Both the position numbers and the translations under genes were made by a program. DNA of 64,000 bases from Sphyrna mokarran (taxonomy: Eukaryota), in assembly GCA_024679065.1 (NCBI GenBank), contig JAGIQG010000019.1, forward strand, positions 27,404,001 through 27,468,000, written 5' to 3'. The notes beneath the pieces were generated by a model. It made no database searches. It worked only from the letters and a program-made list of their open reading frames with translations, and was not told the DNA's origin. Position 1 is the stretch's first letter. Each line of letters begins with the position of its first letter. This document shows positions 1 through 13,700 of this stretch, in pieces.

Positions 1-1520
1 TGGACAAGGAAACCTCCTGCTGATTACCACTGACCATCCCCTCCCTCTCAGTTGATGAATCAGTATTCCTCTGTGTTGAACACCATTCTGGAGAAAGCAC
101 TGAGGGCGACAAGAACATAGGGTGTGCTCTGGATAGGGGACTTTAATGTTCATCACCAAGAGTGATTCAGTGAGACCACTGCTGACCAAGCTAGCCAAGC
201 ATTAAAGGATATGGCAGCTAGTCAGGTTCTGCAGTTTATACCAAAAGAGGAGAGAAAAACCCACTTTACCTCACCCTGACTAATCTACCTGTTGCAGATG
301 CATCTGTCAATGACAGTGTTAATAGGAATGACAATTGCACTGTCACGTGAGATGGAGTCCTGCCTTCACATTGAAGATATTCTCTACTGTGTTGTGTATT
401 AAATGAAGAAGATTTCAAACAGATCTAGCAACTCAAAACTGGGCATCTATGAGAATTGCTGTGAGGCTGGAGTTACGTGTCTAAGCCTGAGACACTAACG
501 GCAATCAGCAGCAGCAAAATTGTATTTGACCACAATCATGGCCTGTCATTATGTCATTTGACTATTATCATCAGCCTGAGTTCAGTTGTGGACAACTAAC
601 TGAAAGAGGCTCCAAAAACTCACCTTTCTCAATGACGAACCTAATACATTAGTATAATAGATAAGGCTGAAGCATTTGCAACTGTATTCAATCAGTGGTG
701 CTGAGTGGGTGATCCATCGCTGTCTACTCTGGAGGTCCCCTTCATCACAGTTTTCAGCCAATTTGATGACATCAAGAAACAGTAGAAGGCACTGGATACT
801 TCAAAGCCTATAGATCCTGACAATATTCCGGCAACTGCACTGAAGACTTATGCTCCAGAACTTGCCACATTCCTGGCCAAACTGTTCCAGCAACACTGGC
901 ATTCACCCAGCAACGTCCAGTGTGTAAAAAGCAAAACAAATCCAACCCAATCAATCACCACTCCATCAAATCATCAATAAAGTGCTGGAAGAGGTCATCA
1001 GCAGTTCTATCAAGCAACATTTACTCAGCAATAATCTGAAGAAGCTGAAAATGGTTGGGTTTAGGTCACTGCCCTGAGAAACTCCTGCAGTGATATCCAG
1101 ACATTGAGATTGTTGACCTGAAAGAACCACAACCATCTTCTTTTCTGCTAACAATCACTCCACTCTGGGAGAGTTTTCTCCCTGATTTCAATTAACTTCA
1201 ATTTTTCCAGAACTTCTCGATGCCACATTTGATCAAAATGTTGGTTTGATGTCAACGGCAGTCACTCTCACCTCACCTCTGGAGTTCAGCTCTTTCATCC
1301 ATGTTTGAATGAATGTCTAATGAGGTCAGGAACTGCATGACCCGAACAAATCCTAAACCGAGCAATCAATGACCTTCCCTCCATCTAAGGCCGAAGTGGG
1401 GATGTTCATTGAAAATTATACAATGTTCGGAACCATTCACAATGACTCCAACGCTGAAGAGTTCATACCCACATGCACTATGAGCTGGATGATACATTTG
1501 GGCTGACAAACGGCATACAA
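1..1520 (+). mobile_element. Degenerate CR1-clade LINE relic (ORF2) with internal inversion ~1039-1364
   Basis: Decayed RT motifs (MVVVLSGQ..., DITAGVSQGS); paralogous to 21865-23250. Confidence 0.8.
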
Positions 1521-1601
1521 AAGGCTCACACAAAATTACACAGAGTTTTATGATATCATTACATAACGTGCTGAGTAAGTGAATCAATTATATAGTTATA
1601 C

Positions 1602-1709
1602 CTGATCAGCAGCTTCATAATCCACTGAGCTTACTGTAGAAATGGCACCCACCGTATCAATATCAAACAGTGTAAGAATACCCGATGTGGAGAGTGAGAG
1701 AATTGTATA
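1602..1709 (-). CDS. Exon 25 (108 nt; cassette A3, EC10)
   Basis: YTILSLSTSGILTLFDIDTVGAISTVSSVDYEAADQ; ttttacag| ... |gtataa. Confidence 0.9.
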
Positions 1710-4700
1710 CTGTAAAACATTGTTTTAAAAAGAACACACACACTGTTGTGAAAATGCGATGGTTATTGTTTCAAATAATCAAAATGTCATCAATTTGATG
1801 ACATTTATCTTTTGCATTAATAAGTATCAATCAAAGCAAATTGCATGCATCAGTCAACAATCAGTTTGATATTATTGCAAAAGTAAATGCAGTTAAAATA
1901 CATCTGACCCTGAGGGGACTTGACAGAATGAATGCTGACAATCTGCTTCCTATTGTGGGAGAGACTAGCACAAGGGAAACAGTTTAAAAATAAGGGATAT
2001 TCCATATCAGACAGAGATGAGACCATAAGATATAGGAGCAGAATTAAGCAACTTGGCCCATCGAGTTTGCTCCGTCATTCAATCATAGTTGACATTTTTC
2101 TCATCCCCATTCTCCTGCCTTTTCCCCATAACCCCTGAACCCCTTATTAATCAAGAACCTATCAATCACTGTCTTAAAAACACTTAATACCTGGTCTCCA
2201 CAGCCTCCTGCAGCAAAGAGTTCCACAGATTCATCACTTCCTGGTTGAAGATTTTCCTCCTCTGTTTTAAAGGATCATCCTTTTAATCCAAGGTTGTGCC
2301 CTCTGGTTCTAATTTTTCCTACTAGTGGAAACATCCTCTCCATGTCCACTCTATCCAGGCCTCACTGTATCATATAAATTTCAAGAAGATTCTACCCTCA
2401 TTCTTCTAAACTCCAACTGTTCCTCATATGACAAGCTCTTCATTCCAAGCATCGTTCCTAGACCTTTTCCAAGACCAGCACATCATTCCTTAGATATAGG
2501 GCCCAAAACTACTCACAATACTCCAAATGGGGTGTGACCAAGCCCTTATACAGCTTCAGCAGTACAACCCTGCTCTTACATTCTAGCTGTCTCTATGTGA
2601 ATACTAACATTGTATTTGCCTTCCTAACTGCCAACTGAACCTACACATTAACCTTAACAGAATCTTGAACAAGGACTCCCAGGTCCCTTTGTACTTCTGA
2701 TTTCTTAAGCATTTCTCCATTTAGAAAATTGTCTATGCCTTCATTCCTCTTCCAAAGTAAGTAACCTCATATTTTTCCACATTGTATTCCATCTGCCACT
2801 TCTTTGCCCCACTCTTAACCTAAATCCTTCTTCAGGCCCCCTGCTTCTCAATGCTACCTGTCCTTCTATATATCTTTGTATCGTCTGCAAACATAGCAAC
2901 AGTGCCTTCAGTTCCTTCTTCCAAATCATTAATATATATTGTGAAAAGTTGTGCTCCCACACTGACCTGTGAGGCGTACCACTAGTCACTGGCTGCCCCT
3001 TTATCGCCACTCTCTGCCTTCGCCTGAAGAAGACTACAAAAGCCGAAAGCTTTCAAGTTTACTATCAAAAAAAATCGGTTGGATTTAAAATTGGTGTTGT
3101 CAGACCTCTTACTGTGTTCTGTCAGTCAGCCAATCCTCTATCTATGCCAGGATCTTACTCTTAACACCATGGCCCTTAACTTATTTAACAGTCTCTGATA
3201 CGGCACCTTGTCAAAGGCCTTCTGGAAATCTAAATAAATCACTTCCACTAGTTTTCCTTTATCTAACTTTCTTGTTACCTCCTCAAAGAACTCTAACAGA
3301 TTTGTCAGACATGACCTCCCTTGATGAAGCCATGCTGACTCAGTCCTATTTTATCATGCACTTCCAAATATTCCGCACTCTCACATTTAATAATGGACTC
3401 TAAAATCTTGTCAGTGATCAAAGTGAGGCTAACCTGCCTATAATTTCCCAACTGCTGTCTCCCTCCCTTCTCAAACAGCAATTTTACATTGCCACTTTCC
3501 AATGGTGTGGGACCCTCCTTGACTCCTGTGATTCTTAAAAGATCATCACCAATGCCTTCACAGTTTTCTCAGCTACCTCTTATAGAACCCTGGAATGTAA
3601 TCCATCCAATCCAAGTGATTTATCCACCTTCAGACCTTTCAGTTTTTCCAGAACCTTTTCTTTAATGCCACCTGTGCCCCCGATTCTCCTGGAGCTCTTG
3701 CATCCCACGGGTGTCTTCCACTATGAAGATTGATACAAAGTAACTACTCAGTTTCTCTGCCATTTCTTTGCTTCCCATTATTACATCTCCAGCCTCATTT
3801 TCCAGTAGTCGAATGTCTATTCTCGCCTCTCTCTCACCTTTTAAATATTGAAAAAGACTCTTCCTATCTTTTATATTACTAGCTAGCTTACTCTCATATT
3901 TCATGTTATTGCTTTTTTAGTTGTGCTCTGCTTGCTTTTAACAGCTTCTCAATCTCCTGCCTTCCCACTAATCCTCACCACTTTGTATGCTTTTTTGCTG
4001 CCCTTGAAATGTCTCACCCTGCACACCACCATGCGCCCCCCCACCCCTTAGCATGTTTCCTCCTCCTTGGGATGAATTTCTGTTATGCCTCCTGAATAAC
4101 CTCCCCCAGAACTCCTGCCATTGCTGTTCCACTGTCTTTCCTGACAGGCTCCCTTTCCAATCAACTCTGACCAGCTCCTCCCTCATGTCTTTGTAGTTAC
4201 TTCTATTTAATTGTAATACCGTTACATTTGATTCCAGCTTCTCCCTCTCAAACTGCAGCATAAATTCAATCATACTGTGGTCACTGCTCCTTTAGGATTC
4301 CTTCACCTTAAGTTCCCTAATCAAGTCTGCCTCATTACACATCATCAAATTCCTGTTCCCTAATAGGCTTTGTCACAAGCTACTCCAAAAAGCCATCTCT
4401 TAGACATTCCACAAATTCCTTCTCTTGGGATTCACTACTAATCTGATTTCCCCTGTCCACCTGTATATTGAAGTCCCCCATGATTATTGTAATATTGCCT
4501 TTTTTTAATTTGCTTCTTCTATTTCCCGATTTATTTTCTGCCCTAGATCCTGACTACTGCTAGGGGGTTTGTACATAACTCCCAGCAGGGTCTTTTTACC
4601 TTTGTGATTCCTTAACTCCACCTGCAGAGATTCTATGCCTTCTGATCCTCTATCAGTTCTTGCTATTGACTTAACTTCATTCTTTATTAACAATGCAACC

Positions 4701-7700
4701 CCACCTATCTGCCTGTCCTTTCAATAGGACACATACTTTGGATATTCAGATCCCAGCCCTGATCGTTTTGCAATCATGTCACTATGACGGCCACAACATC
4801 GCACTGGTCAATTTCAATGTGTGCAACAAGCTCATTTACCTTGTTTCATACACTGCACGCTTTTAGGTATAACACCTTTAGTCATGTATTGACCACCTCC
4901 CTTCTCATACTTGTCACCTTTTTTGTTCTGCCTGAGGTTGGATTCCTGCCACCTTCTACGTAATCTGTTCTATTACATGGTCTGGAAACTTTACTAACCT
5001 CTCCTAAGCTGTCAGCTCTCTTAGCGCGTTGAAAGTAGCCTACTACTTCCACTCTCTCTTTTAACTTTAATTTTCTAATTCTCCAGACGACTGAACCCTC
5101 CCCTTTTTTTCCTCTCTGTGGTGTGAGTCTGTGGAATTCTCTTCCCCAGAGAGCAGTGGAGGCAGGGATATGGAATATTTTTAAGGCAGAAGGTGATAGA
5201 TTCTTGAGTCGAAAGTTACTGAGCACAAGTGGAATGGAAAATTAAGACCACAATCAGATCAGCCATGATCAGCTTACTCCTTCTTGCAGTTTGTATGTTT
5301 AGAAAGTGTTTAAAGTTCATCCACATTTTACTTGTATTGTAGGGATCACAATATGTGACCTGCCCATGCCAGTTTCATTGGATGTTGGCAAAAGGGAAAC
5401 TCCCAGTTCATTATCATGATTATAGTGGACAAACAAATGGATTGTTCACTGATGCCTCTGCAAATTATCAACTGGTTCTGGCCTCAATAGGGCCCCAAAG
5501 AATATTGTGCAGTGAGTTGGTGCTGCAGCCAGCCTTGTATTCTTAAAGGCAATCTGTCCCTCTCAATTGCACGCCATTATGAATAAAGATGCTGGAATTT
5601 AAATGATAATGAATGGAACAGCAGGGAAGATAGAGCAACTGGATGCATGAAACAAACAGTTGCAGTATATGTTCTAATATCACACTGGATTTTCATTTTG
5701 TATTATTCAAGATCATGTCAAACAAAGAAATGAAACTCACATTTAACAATTCATTTTCAGGGTCTGTTGCTGAGACTCTATAAACAAATTCTCCAATATT
5801 ATCGGTCTCAGAGATAGTCACGTTAGGTCCTGCATGAAACAGTAGCACGAGTTAACAGGTACTAAACTGTCCAGCATTGTACTCATTCAAGCAAGGATGA
5901 ATTTTATTAGTTTTCCTGTTGTTTGTGTGTAACAAGAATGGATGGGAAATCAGTATCTTAAACTGAATATAATCACTCAGGCTGGATTTTCAGTCTCAGA
6001 GACGAGTGGATGTCAAGAAAGTTTTCACCTGATCCCACACTCCTTTGGGCAAAATTGCCAAGAAAAATGGGAATTTCTGAGGGGAATACTGATAGGGGAC
6101 CTGTCCATAACTCCATCAGGATCTTTTTACCTTTGCAATTCCTCAATTCTACCCACAGAGATTCTATGCCTCCTGATCCTATATCAATTCTTGCTATCAA
6201 TTTAACTTAATTCCTTAGGTGATACATAATGGAACTTGACTGAAAACCCGAAAATCCGTTAGACAGTTTAAAAAAACTAAGCCCCAGAGAAAACACGGTG
6301 TGATTGACAGTGGTAGCTCTCTGATCTCTTCATCAATTGTGCTTTGTTAATTTACATAAGATAATGGGCAGAATTCTCCAGCTATTTAAGCCCCTGCTGC
6401 CAGTGAACGGAGAATTTGGCCTCAGCTCAATAAAGAGACCATGTCTATGGTTACTGATGACACAAAGACAGGAGAGAAAGTTATGAAAATGGCATAGGGG
6501 TCTACAAAGGGATACAGATAGTGAAAAAGAGCAAAACTTCAGCAGAAGGAGTATAATGCGGGAAAATGTGAACTTTTCCATTAAATTGTAGAGAAATTGC
6601 ATAATTCTGTGGTACAGAGGAATCTGGTATCTTGGTGCTTGTTTCACAAATGGTTAAGAAATAGGTAATTGGGAAGGTAAATGGAATGTTGTTCATTTTA
6701 AGAGCAGTAGAATGTAAGAGTAGAGAAGTTTTGCTACAGTTGTACAAGACAACATCTAGAGTACCATGTACATTTTCAGCCTCCTTCAGTGCAGAGAAGC
6801 TGGTTCCTGGGATGAAGAGGTTGTTGGATGAGGAAAGGTTTACAGATTGGAATTTAGAAGAATGAGATCTCATTGGACGCTGAAAGAATGTATCTCCTTG
6901 CGGGAGAGTCTTAAAAGAAGTTTTAATAAGAATGGATCTCCCACTTAAAATGGAGATAAGGAGAAATAGGCTCCAGCAGCTGAATGACCTAGTACTAATC
7001 TGTTTTGATGTGGTTGCATCAATACTCATTGCTGTTCAGGAACATCTAAAACTGCAGAAACTGCAGCAGGAAATAGTTGGGGACAGCTATTGGCAATCAT
7101 AGGAGATCTAAGTTTGGTTTGGTATCATGTAGCTGTTAGTGTGAGAGTGGGCTAGGTGGCAGGAGGATGCAGTGTTTGTGGATGGGAACAGAGAGATTGC
7201 AGCAGAAGATCTTTGAGAGATCAAGAAGAAAAATTCTTGCTCCTCTTGGTCTGCAGTCGGTGCTGGTAAAGTTCTTATCTGCTCAGTCTGACTGTCCCCC
7301 CTGGTTCTTTAGCTGATGCGTAACTGAGTTCTGGAGATCTAAATGAGCAGTCATCAATGTTTAATTTATTATTGCACATTCGTATAAAATTGTACCTAGT
7401 TGATCAAGTGGCATGAGAGTCCTGTGATTATATTCTTGACTCGAGTTCCTTTAGAGTGTACACTATTGCTAAAACATTAAACCTGTATGTTTGCCCTAAT
7501 GCGCTGTCACCATTTTCTGAAAGATGTCTCTTTGACATGGTTGGATTTCTTTTATTCTTTCACAGGAATTTGGCCTTGCTTGCTAGGCAAGCATTTGTTG
7601 CCTAATTGCCCCGAAAAGGATTCTGAGTTTTATTGCAGTAGAACATGGAGATCACAAAAATGAAACGTCATCATTCCTTTCTGCCAATGCTATGTTCTGG

Positions 7701-10700
7701 AATAATGCTCCCACATTTCCACCCTACTAATGGAAAGACCTGCATGCTTTTGGATTCATAACTGGAGCATGAGAAATGAAATTATGGTTGTGATTTTCCA
7801 ATCTTCATTGGGAGTCCAATTACTTCTGCTGGGTGTGCCCTAAACCTCATTCGGTGGGGCCAGAAAATCCTAGCCTGTGAGCAGGAAGTATTTGATTCCA
7901 AAGAAGAATTCAACTCATTGCAATCACTATTCAATATAGATAAAGATTAATCATTTAAATATCTTCACCCGCTATAAATTCAGCATCGCACACAGGATCC
8001 TCATCGACGGGAGTCAATGATACATTCAGGTTGCATGTGGCTGTGTTACCTCCCTGGTCTGTAACCACTACATTTAATGTGTAGAATTTGACAACAGACA
8101 CATCCTCATAGTCCAATACCAATGTATTGGTAATTATTACAGTGTCTCCAACTGAAAGATAAGAGATACATCTGTTTAATCAAATATAGCTCAGGTGAAT
8201 AAAATGCATTGCGTATACATCACCACAGACAAAGAAATGTAAGGAACTACAAAGAGGGCAAGAAATGAGAAAAGCTCCAAGCTGGTGTGACACACATCCA
8301 AATGTATACAACACTGAATTAAAATGAAACGTTTATTTATTAGTCAGAGGTAGGCTTACATTAACACTATAATGAAGTTACCATGAGAATCCCCTAGTCA
8401 CCACACTCCAGCATCTGTTTGGGTCAATGCAACTAACCAGCATGTTTTCAAAATGTGGGAACAAAACCAGAGCAAACTCACACTGACACAGGGAGAATAT
8501 GCAAACTCCACACAGAAAGTGACCTGAACCAGGAATTGAACATGGGTCCCTGACACTGTAGGGCAGCAGTACTAACCACTACTTACAACAATAAGCATAG
8601 CAACACACAGAGAGATGGAGCCATATATTCACAGAGATCGTGTCACAACACACAAAACAGAAATTATGCACATGTACAATCACTGAAATGTAGGGTGGAA
8701 TTTTACAAGATTTTTTTTCTAAGTATCCAGCTGGTGTGAAAAGGGAAGAGTTTCTGATTCATTTCTCGGATGAGTTCTCATGGCCAATCTTGTGCACTCA
8801 GTCTTTGAAAATATGGGCTGGACCATTGCTAGCCATGAGAGGCAGTGGGTGGAGCCAATTCATCAGAGAGCTAGCAGCTCAGATCAGACCTACAAACTAC
8901 ACATGTGCAGGAAAAGCAGAATAAAACAGCTCTATTGACAGATCACCCCTGGGACAGATACAGCTTCCACCTGCATCCTCCATGGCCATCAGTGACTCTT
9001 GCCACCCCCCCCCCACCCCCCCCCCCCCCCCCCCGGTTATTACTGACCTGCTTATTCCCCACAGCCCCTTCGTGCATCCCCTTACACAAGCACTCCTCAG
9101 CACTCCTGGTGGCCCCAATGGCTGACTGACATGTCCCTCTCCTTCCCATTTCCCCTATCATCATAGAGGTAGGGATCCCAACTCCGCCTCCATCAGCTGC
9201 AAATGCTGACTTGGTCTCTTCACTGGTGACAAGACAAACTGCATTAAATTCACTGAAATGCTCTAATGGGTGAGTGAGTACCCAAACTGCCTGCAGCTGA
9301 ACTGTCCTAACAGGGCACAGCTCTATAAAAACTCCAAGGATGGATAGACAGGCCAAGTTACTGGAGATGGTGGAGACAAGGTGGGACAACCTGTTCTGCC
9401 CAGCAAGAAGCTGTACCAGAGAAAGAGACTGAAATGCAACCAGAGCCCTGGCCAGGAGAACTGGAAAGCAATGCTGAAAAAGACTAAATGACCTAATCTG
9501 GTCAGCAAGGATGAATGTTTAACCTCATCTAGTCACAAATGTCTCCAGTGGCGGTTTGGAAGGATCCCATGGTGTAAAGGTTTAAGACCATTATGTAAGA
9601 AAACATCACATCCACAGATCCAAAAGCAGAGCAAAGAGAAACACAACACAGGACAAAGAAACACCAGAAGGCACAGAGAGAAAACAGAGTAAGAAACTTA
9701 ACATCCACATAATGTCACAGATACAAATATCATACACCAGACTTCACAATGGCCAATGTCCTGGGGGAATCGTTATAGTTAATTGAGTTCATACCTTGGT
9801 TAATTTCAAACGAAGGTTCATTTACTGCAAAACTAAACGTCAGGTTCTCATTGTCATCACCATCTGAGGCAGATAAAGTTATTAGTGTTGTCCCAGCAGC
9901 CACTTCCTCATTCAGGGTTAAGCTAGTCAATGGACAGGAACTGAAAATGAGACAAATATTCCTGTTTAATAAACCGAAGAAACATCAGTCGGAATGAGAA
10001 CTGATCTTGTCTGCCAACAGGGGAATAATATCTGACGTACCTGATGACTGGAACTTCATCATTGACATCAGTAATTGTGATCGTTACTGTGCCTGTGCAA
10101 GCGAGGCTTGGAGAGCCAGTGTCATTAACAGATACCACAGCATAGAAAAGCTGAAGGGAAAGAACAAAACTTTCAATTAAATCTGTCAATGAAATGTAGA
10201 TCCCAGTCTCTAAAATGACTGGAATAAAATCTGTGCTGAAGATATTCTCATTGTTCAGTAGTAATAATGTATCTCATACCATGTCACCATTTTCAAAATT
10301 CAAATCAGCTGCTGTGGTGATTAGACCCAAATTGTCCACGTCAAATAGTGCGCTGGTATTGGTGGAGGAGCTCGACAGGATGGAATACTGAAAGAAATCA
10401 GGAAGTTTTATTTCTGTCAGTGTTATATACAATTTATTTAGGTAAACATTTAGATAAACTTCATTTTCTGTCTTTTTTTTCCCATCTCAATTGTTGAGAT
10501 TAAACATAAGGAATGGGTATTGAGGTTTCTTCTGGATTCGGACTTGGATCTTACTATTGAGTGTCCTACCGGGCTCTCTGTGATAACCTCCAAAACTCCA
10601 CAATGAAAGACCATTGATTAAATCTTTGGGCACAATCCTACTGGTTGTTCACTCCTCGCTCCTACTACGGCAAGGTCGGAAAATCTGGGCACTCAGCCAA

Positions 10701-13700
10701 AGCTCTGTCCTTTGCAGCGGGATGGGGCAATTCCACCAGCCTAAACATCTGCAACATCTGTTTCTCTCCATAGATGTTGTCTGACTTGCTGAGCTTTTCC
10801 AGCCTTTTTATTCTTATTCCAAAGAGCAGATCTATTGGTGGGGGGTGGGGGGAAAATGACAGATGAAGTGGAGAATCGAGGTTAGGTTCCAAAACGGCTT
10901 TTACGCCAGTGGGATCCTTCCAGCTCACTCCCCCCATCTCGATTGTTCCCATCCCGAGTTATGTAACTGGGTTCCCGCCTCGCAATGATGGAAACCCTAT
11001 TATACTCCCATCAAATATAATTAGCTGGCCTCCCTGCTGTAACATCCACCCATGTAGTGTGACACCACTTTGGTACTCTTTAAAATAGGCTTTTAAAAAC
11101 AGGGCTGTGGCAAACAGAAGGCGCCAGAGGTGCACAGATAAGTTCAGAAGTACAGCCCTTGGGGGCAGAAGGTCATCCCCAGGCAGGAATCTGGCACTGC
11201 CAGGAAGGTTCCTTGGGAAAAGTGCTCTATGTTCTGTGGTGGGCGTGGGGTGAAGTGTGGGGGCACTATTGGTATTCTATGGGGCAGAAGCCGAGGGGGG
11301 ATAGTTAATTGTGAATTCCATGGTGGACATAGGAAGATTCGTTACTGGTGGGGGTTGGAGGAGGGGTTCCTTTGATCTATCTCTATTGTTCTGACATTGG
11401 GGCACCCTGATTGGTGAATAGCGGATGTTTCAGGTCAGGCAAGCCCTCTTTCATCATGGGAACTGGCTCCTTGATTTTTTAATGCAAGTTTTTAAAAGTA
11501 TGGCAGGTACAGTGGGCACTGCAGCCAGTGGGCTGGCATCTGCTTTCAACATCTGAGCTGACCTTTGGACAGAAAATAGAAAAAACTCCACTCACTTTCT
11601 ACCAGTTGATCCTTGGTGCCACTGCAGGGAAAAGTGTGGAGCTTCTGCTGTGTTTGTTGTCCAGCAAGGTTAATGTACGAGGAGAGAACTGAAAACAAAT
11701 GGAGATGGGGCAATGCGTGGACAGAGAGACAGCTGATGAGAGAAGATGCAGGGTGTGAGAGGAAAGGAAGACAGGAGAAGAGAAGAGAATAGATAAGAAG
11801 AACTGATGGATTGAGATAAGTATAGAGCCAGTTGGAGTGAAGAAATTTATATTGCTACAAGGAACAAAACGGTTCAAAATGCATGTCATAAGCTCAATGT
11901 AGAACTAAACCATCCGACAATGAGAAAGAACTTACCTGTAAAGCATTTCCATCAGGATTAGATGCTGTTATCTTATAGACAGACGTACCAATAGCAATGT
12001 CCTCAGCAATACTGACAGCGGGTCCTGTAACAAAGGAAAAGTGATTATTGTAAACAGGATCATGTCAATATGTATCTGATGGTGCTCATGATGGTAAATT
12101 AGTTTATGTTTATGATGAACCAATGATGAGGCATTTCAATGTCTTGAGCAGAATTCATCTTTGTAACTTTGGCATTCAGGTGATTATGGAAAAACAACAA
12201 ATGCTGGACTTGTCAGCAACAATCACATCCCATGAAAGAATAAAAGCACTTCTAATGCAACAATTAAATGTATTGCAATGATCTTTATCACTGAGTGCAA
12301 TCCCTCTATCCTAAAGTCAATTGCCTTTGTTTTAAACAGGCTCAATAATTTCAATCCTCATGCGGTCAGAGTTCCAAAGGTCTACCACTCACTGAGTGAA
12401 GAAATTCCTCATTATTTCAGTCCTCATCTCTGTCTTATTCTAAGACTCTTCAAAGTCTATTCAAGACTCCTCCACCAACCACCCCCCCCCACCTCTTCTC
12501 ACCTCCCCTTCTACCCACTTGAGCCTTTTAAGAATTTTGTACATTTCCACGAGATCATCTCTTAACTCTGGAAAGAACACAGGCCAGACTCCTCAACCTC
12601 TCTTCAGAGAACAATCCTGCTATCTCAGGATTCAGTCTGGTGAACTTCAGTTACACATCCTCTGTGGCCTTATGTAAAGAGACCAACATGGCACATAAGA
12701 CTCTTGATGCAGTCTCACTAGCGATCTTTTCAGTTTTAAAACCCACCGCCTCTAATGATGGGTTGGGCCAGAGCTCTCCACTGCTTCTTTCCACATCTCT
12801 GCTACTTGCCATGCCTCCATCTCTCTGTTTTTCCTTGCATCACCCATGGCTCGGTCACAACTTCCTCAGCTCCTCGCACTTTGGTTTTCCCTACTACCAT
12901 CAGCACATGCCCGTGTTCGGGCACTGCTAGGCTTCAGGCCTAACACCCAAATCTACAATCACAAATATCCTTAAATCCATATTCATTGATATTCACATCA
13001 ATGACCACATCCACTAACACACATTTACTAACACACACATGCATCGACCAAGGCTCTGTCCACTCCAGTTAGAAATCAGTCACCATCAGTGAATTAACCC
13101 AACATTCCACAAGTAAGCAGAATGGCAAAAATGATTGATGAGGGAAGGGCTGTAGATGTTATCTATATGGACTTTAGTAAAGCATTTGACAAGGTCTCTC
13201 ATGAGATTGGTACAAAAGATTAAATCTCACAAGGTCAGCAGTGAACTAGCTAGATGGATTCAGATCGGCTTGGTCAAAGAAGACAGAAGGTAACGGTTGA
13301 AGGGGTGTTTTTCTGAATGAAAGTCTGTAACTTGTGGTATTCTGCAGGAATCAGTGCTGGACCCTCTGCTGTTTGTAATATATATAAATGACTTGGAAGA
13401 AAACACAGCTGGTTACATTAGCAAGTTTGCAGTTGATACTAAGATTGGCGGAGTTGCAGATAATAATAAAAATAATCAGAGAATACAACAGGATATAGAT
13501 AGGCTGGAAAATTGGGCAGAGCAATGGCAGATGGAATTTAATCCAGACAAATACAAGGTGATGCTTTTTGGTAGATCAGCTAGGAGCTAAAATATAAATG
13601 GCAGACCCATGAGGAGCATAGACACACAGAGAGATCTGGGAATATAGGTCCACAGATCTTTAAAAGTGGCAGCGTAGGTGGAAAAGGTAGTGAAGAAAGC

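Noticed and set aside
8897-9389. Gly/Pro-rich ORFs
   Set aside because: They arise from a poly-C tract within a Harbinger relic
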